In this document: piece by piece, positions 61,783-64,000 of the stretch | How the letters are laid out: each line of letters begins with the position of its first letter | Numbering within the stretch: position 1 is the stretch's first letter | Assembly (NCBI GenBank): GCA_039194325.1 | Contig: JBCCWC010000004.1 | Coordinates: forward strand, 64,001 to 128,000 | Reading direction: 5' to 3' | Origin: Myxococcota bacterium | GTDB taxonomy: Bacteria > Myxococcota_A > Polyangia > Nannocystales > Nannocystaceae | DNA: 64,000 nt | Made by a program: the position numbers and the translations under genes | The notes under the pieces: generated by a model | Databases searched by the model: none | Seen by the model: the letters and a program-made list of their open reading frames with translations, nothing else | Told to the model about the DNA's origin: nothing

Positions 61783-64000
61783 TAAGCACGGCGGGGACCA
61801 CACAGACGGGGCTGCTCGTCGATCCGACCGAGCTCGCCGAGCGCCTGGACCGGGAGCTGTTGCTCACCGACTGGCGAGCGATCGTCGCGGTCGTGGTCGC
61901 CAGGCCAGGGCTGGAGCGGGCGATCGACCGGGTCCATAAAGAGGTGCTCCAGCGCCACCAGATCCCGCAATCACGGGTCGCGTACTACGACGCACAGCGG
62001 GATGAAGCCGGCCGCAAGCGCTTGGCCGCGATCAACCGAGCGCGTGACTCTTTGCTGAACGAAAAACGCCTCATCTGGCTACACGCCAGCTCGGCGGCCG
62101 ATGTTCGCTTCCTCCGCGCGACGGCACCCGATCTTCTGTCGGCGATCGATCTGTTCGTGGAACTCCACCTCCACGAGGCCGACGAGGCCGACTGGCCGAC
62201 CTGTCGTCATCAGTTACGCGAGCTCATCAAGAGCCGTCACGGAATGCTCGACTTCACGGGGCTTTTACCGGCCAGCGTCGAGCAGCGCCACCTCCCGCTG
62301 TCCAAGCTCTATCAGCCGCTGGTCGAGCTCAATGAAGCCGCGCTTGGCCCGGCTCCGCGGGACCGAAGCACACCGCAGGGGCTGTTGGTCCTGGGGCATC
62401 CCGGCACGGGCAAGACGACCTTCGTGCGCCACCTGGCGTGGACCTACGCCAGCGACAGCGCAGATCCACTCGCCATCGGCCCGCGGATCCCCGTGCTGCT
62501 CTCGCTGTCGGACTACTCCCACGTACGCGAGCACGATCGGGTGATGAACCTGGTGGACTTCTTGCCGCGCTGGCTCGACGCACAGGGGATCTCGGGCTCG
62601 AAGGCCATCAGCGAACACATGCCCGACGTCCTGTTGCTACTCGATGGCCTCGACGAGATGCGGTCCCCGGACGCACGACGAGTCGTACTGCATGAGATGA
62701 GCCAGCTCTTGCGCCAAGGTGGCGTTGGGGGGGTGGTCGTGACGGGCCGCAGCTTTCTCGTAGACGAGCTCGACGGCGAACACCATCCACTGCGGATCGT
62801 GTCCACCCGCGCGGCGAGGCCCGAGGAGATCCGAGCGTTCTTGGAGGCGTTCGTCACCTATCGCGGGGCCGGACGGACCAACGTGGAGGATCTCATCAAT
62901 CGCATAGAGCGAGATCCTGATCTCCGCGCACTGGCCCGAACTCCCCTCATGCTCGCGTTCACCGCCATCCTCAACGAGCTCGAAGGGCGTCTTCCCGATC
63001 GTCGGATCGAGATCTACTACCGACTCGGCGAGATGCTCGTCGATCGCTGGACCCGCGCACGCAGTATCGGGACCATCGGGACCATCGGGACCATCGGGAC
63101 CATTGGCACCACCAAGCACCGCCACGCGACCCCGACGCGAGCCGACGCCCTGCGCGTGCTCGGGCCCCTGGCGTGGTGGACGATGGAACAAGGAGGCGGA
63201 GCGGTATCCGAAGCCGCGCTCGAGCAAGAGCTCCAGCGCATCGAGGCCAAGCGTGAGACCGCCGAGCAAGCAGCGCGGCAGTCGTCGGCTCTGCTCGACC
63301 TTCTTCGACGAGATACCGCGCTGCTGGTCCCCCGCGCGGGCAACCAATGGAGCTTCGTGCATCGCTCCGTCGGCGAGTACTTCGCGGGAGCTCACGCCGA
63401 ACGCGACCACAAGCGTTGGCACGATCTGCTCGAGGACCCTTTCCGCTCCGAGTGGCGAGAGATCATCCTCTTTTGTAGCGGACAGCTCGGAATCATCGAA
63501 GGGCGAGTGGACAGCCTCGATGAGCTGGTGAGCACCATACTCGACAAGAGCCGGCGGCCGGGGCGCTATGATGCCACGTACCCGAGCCTGCTCATCGGCC
63601 TGCTCGAGGAGCTGCCCGGACTGAGCCGACAACAGACCACCAAGATCGCGGCACGCCTGCTCGAGCTCGTCCTCACCATGTCGTTCACCCATGGCGCGGC
63701 GAGGCAGATCCAGCGTGATTTCGTCGATCTGCTGCTCAAGTCTCACGGGCTGCCGGCCGAGATCCTGGGAGCGCAGCTGCGACGATGGTTCTCCAAGAAG
63801 ACCCGATCGATCCGCTGGGATCGCCTGTTCGTGGCCGGTTTATGGAGCGACGCGAGCAAGCCACCACGAAGCATCGCCAACGAGAACTTCTACCAGATCG
63901 TCCTCACCATGCTGGGCCCGCTGCTGTGGTCCATCGAGCCCGATCTCAGAGATCGCTACCAGATCGACATCGGTCCCACGCTAGTCCGATGGAAGCAACA
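61779..64000 (+). CDS. NACHT-family STAND NTPase, 3'-truncated by the window (absent from the ORF track because it has no stop)
   Basis: ATG 61779 overlaps the upstream TGA and the frame appears open to the window end. LYQPL; Walker A LGHPGTGKTT (62391); Walker B LLLLDGLDE (62631); VTGR; LARTPLML; FVHRSVGEYFAG; WREIILF. Confidence 0.85.
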   Translation, partial: MISTAGTTQTGLLVDPTELAERLDRELLLTDWRAIVAVVVARPGLERAIDRVHKEVLQRHQIPQSRVAYYDAQRDEAGRKRLAAINRARDSLLNEKRLIWLHASSAADVRFLRATAPDLLSAIDLFVELHLHEADEADWPTCRHQLRELIKSRHGMLDFTGLLPASVEQRHLPLSKLYQPLVELNEAALGPAPRDRSTPQGLLVLGHPGTGKTTFVRHLAWTYASDSADPLAIGPRIPVLLSLSDYSHVREHDRVMNLVDFLPRWLDAQGISGSKAISEHMPDVLLLLDGLDEMRSPDARRVVLHEMSQLLRQGGVGGVVVTGRSFLVDELDGEHHPLRIVSTRAARPEEIRAFLEAFVTYRGAGRTNVEDLINRIERDPDLRALARTPLMLAFTAILNELEGRLPDRRIEIYYRLGEMLVDRWTRARSIGTIGTIGTIGTIGTTKHRHATPTRADALRVLGPLAWWTMEQGGGAVSEAALEQELQRIEAKRETAEQAARQSSALLDLLRRDTALLVPRAGNQWSFVHRSVGEYFAGAHAERDHKRWHDLLEDPFRSEWREIILFCSGQLGIIEGRVDSLDELVSTILDKSRRPGRYDATYPSLLIGLLEELPGLSRQQTTKIAARLLELVLTMSFTHGAARQIQRDFVDLLLKSHGLPAEILGAQLRRWFSKKTRSIRWDRLFVAGLWSDASKPPRSIANENFYQIVLTMLGPLLWSIEPDLRDRYQIDIGPTLVRWKQ
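63066..63110 (+). repeat. In-frame 9-bp repeat (IGT)x5 inside the NACHT gene
   Basis: atcgggacc x4 + attggcacc. Confidence 0.9.

Overview
High-GC DNA that looks myxobacterial (Nannocystaceae/Polyangiales-like), judged from Ser/Thr kinase-TPR genes, an ECF sigma factor, a DUF1592/DUF1552 pair, a MYXO-CTERM-like protein and many Cys-rich lipoproteins. The main find is a ~27 kb block (10.3-37.3 kb) that reads like a bacterial sulfated glycosaminoglycan (GAG) pathway. One tight operon encodes a full-length PmHS/KfiC+KfiA-type heparosan synthase, a PIG-L N-deacetylase, a heparinase II/III-DUF4962 enzyme and three heparan-sulfate-type (HS3ST/NDST-like) sulfotransferases. A second, divergent module has three KfoC/PmCS/PmHAS-type synthase paralogs with complementary loss of catalytic halves (one fused to a radical SAM domain), a glucan-water-dikinase-like enzyme and four more sulfotransferase-like genes. 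Two PvdE-type ABC exporters flank the block on the left and a broken kinase gene on the right. A second unusual system (3.1-8.7 kb) is an MNIO (DUF692)/DUF2063 operon whose putative substrate is a large lipoprotein fusing MopE-like repeats, two CxGxNxCxG motifs and a cytochrome c. The window ends in a coupled P-loop ATPase + NACHT gene pair. No rRNA, tRNA, CRISPR array or transposase was recognised. All family calls come from motif recognition by eye and from recalled reference sequences; no searches were run.
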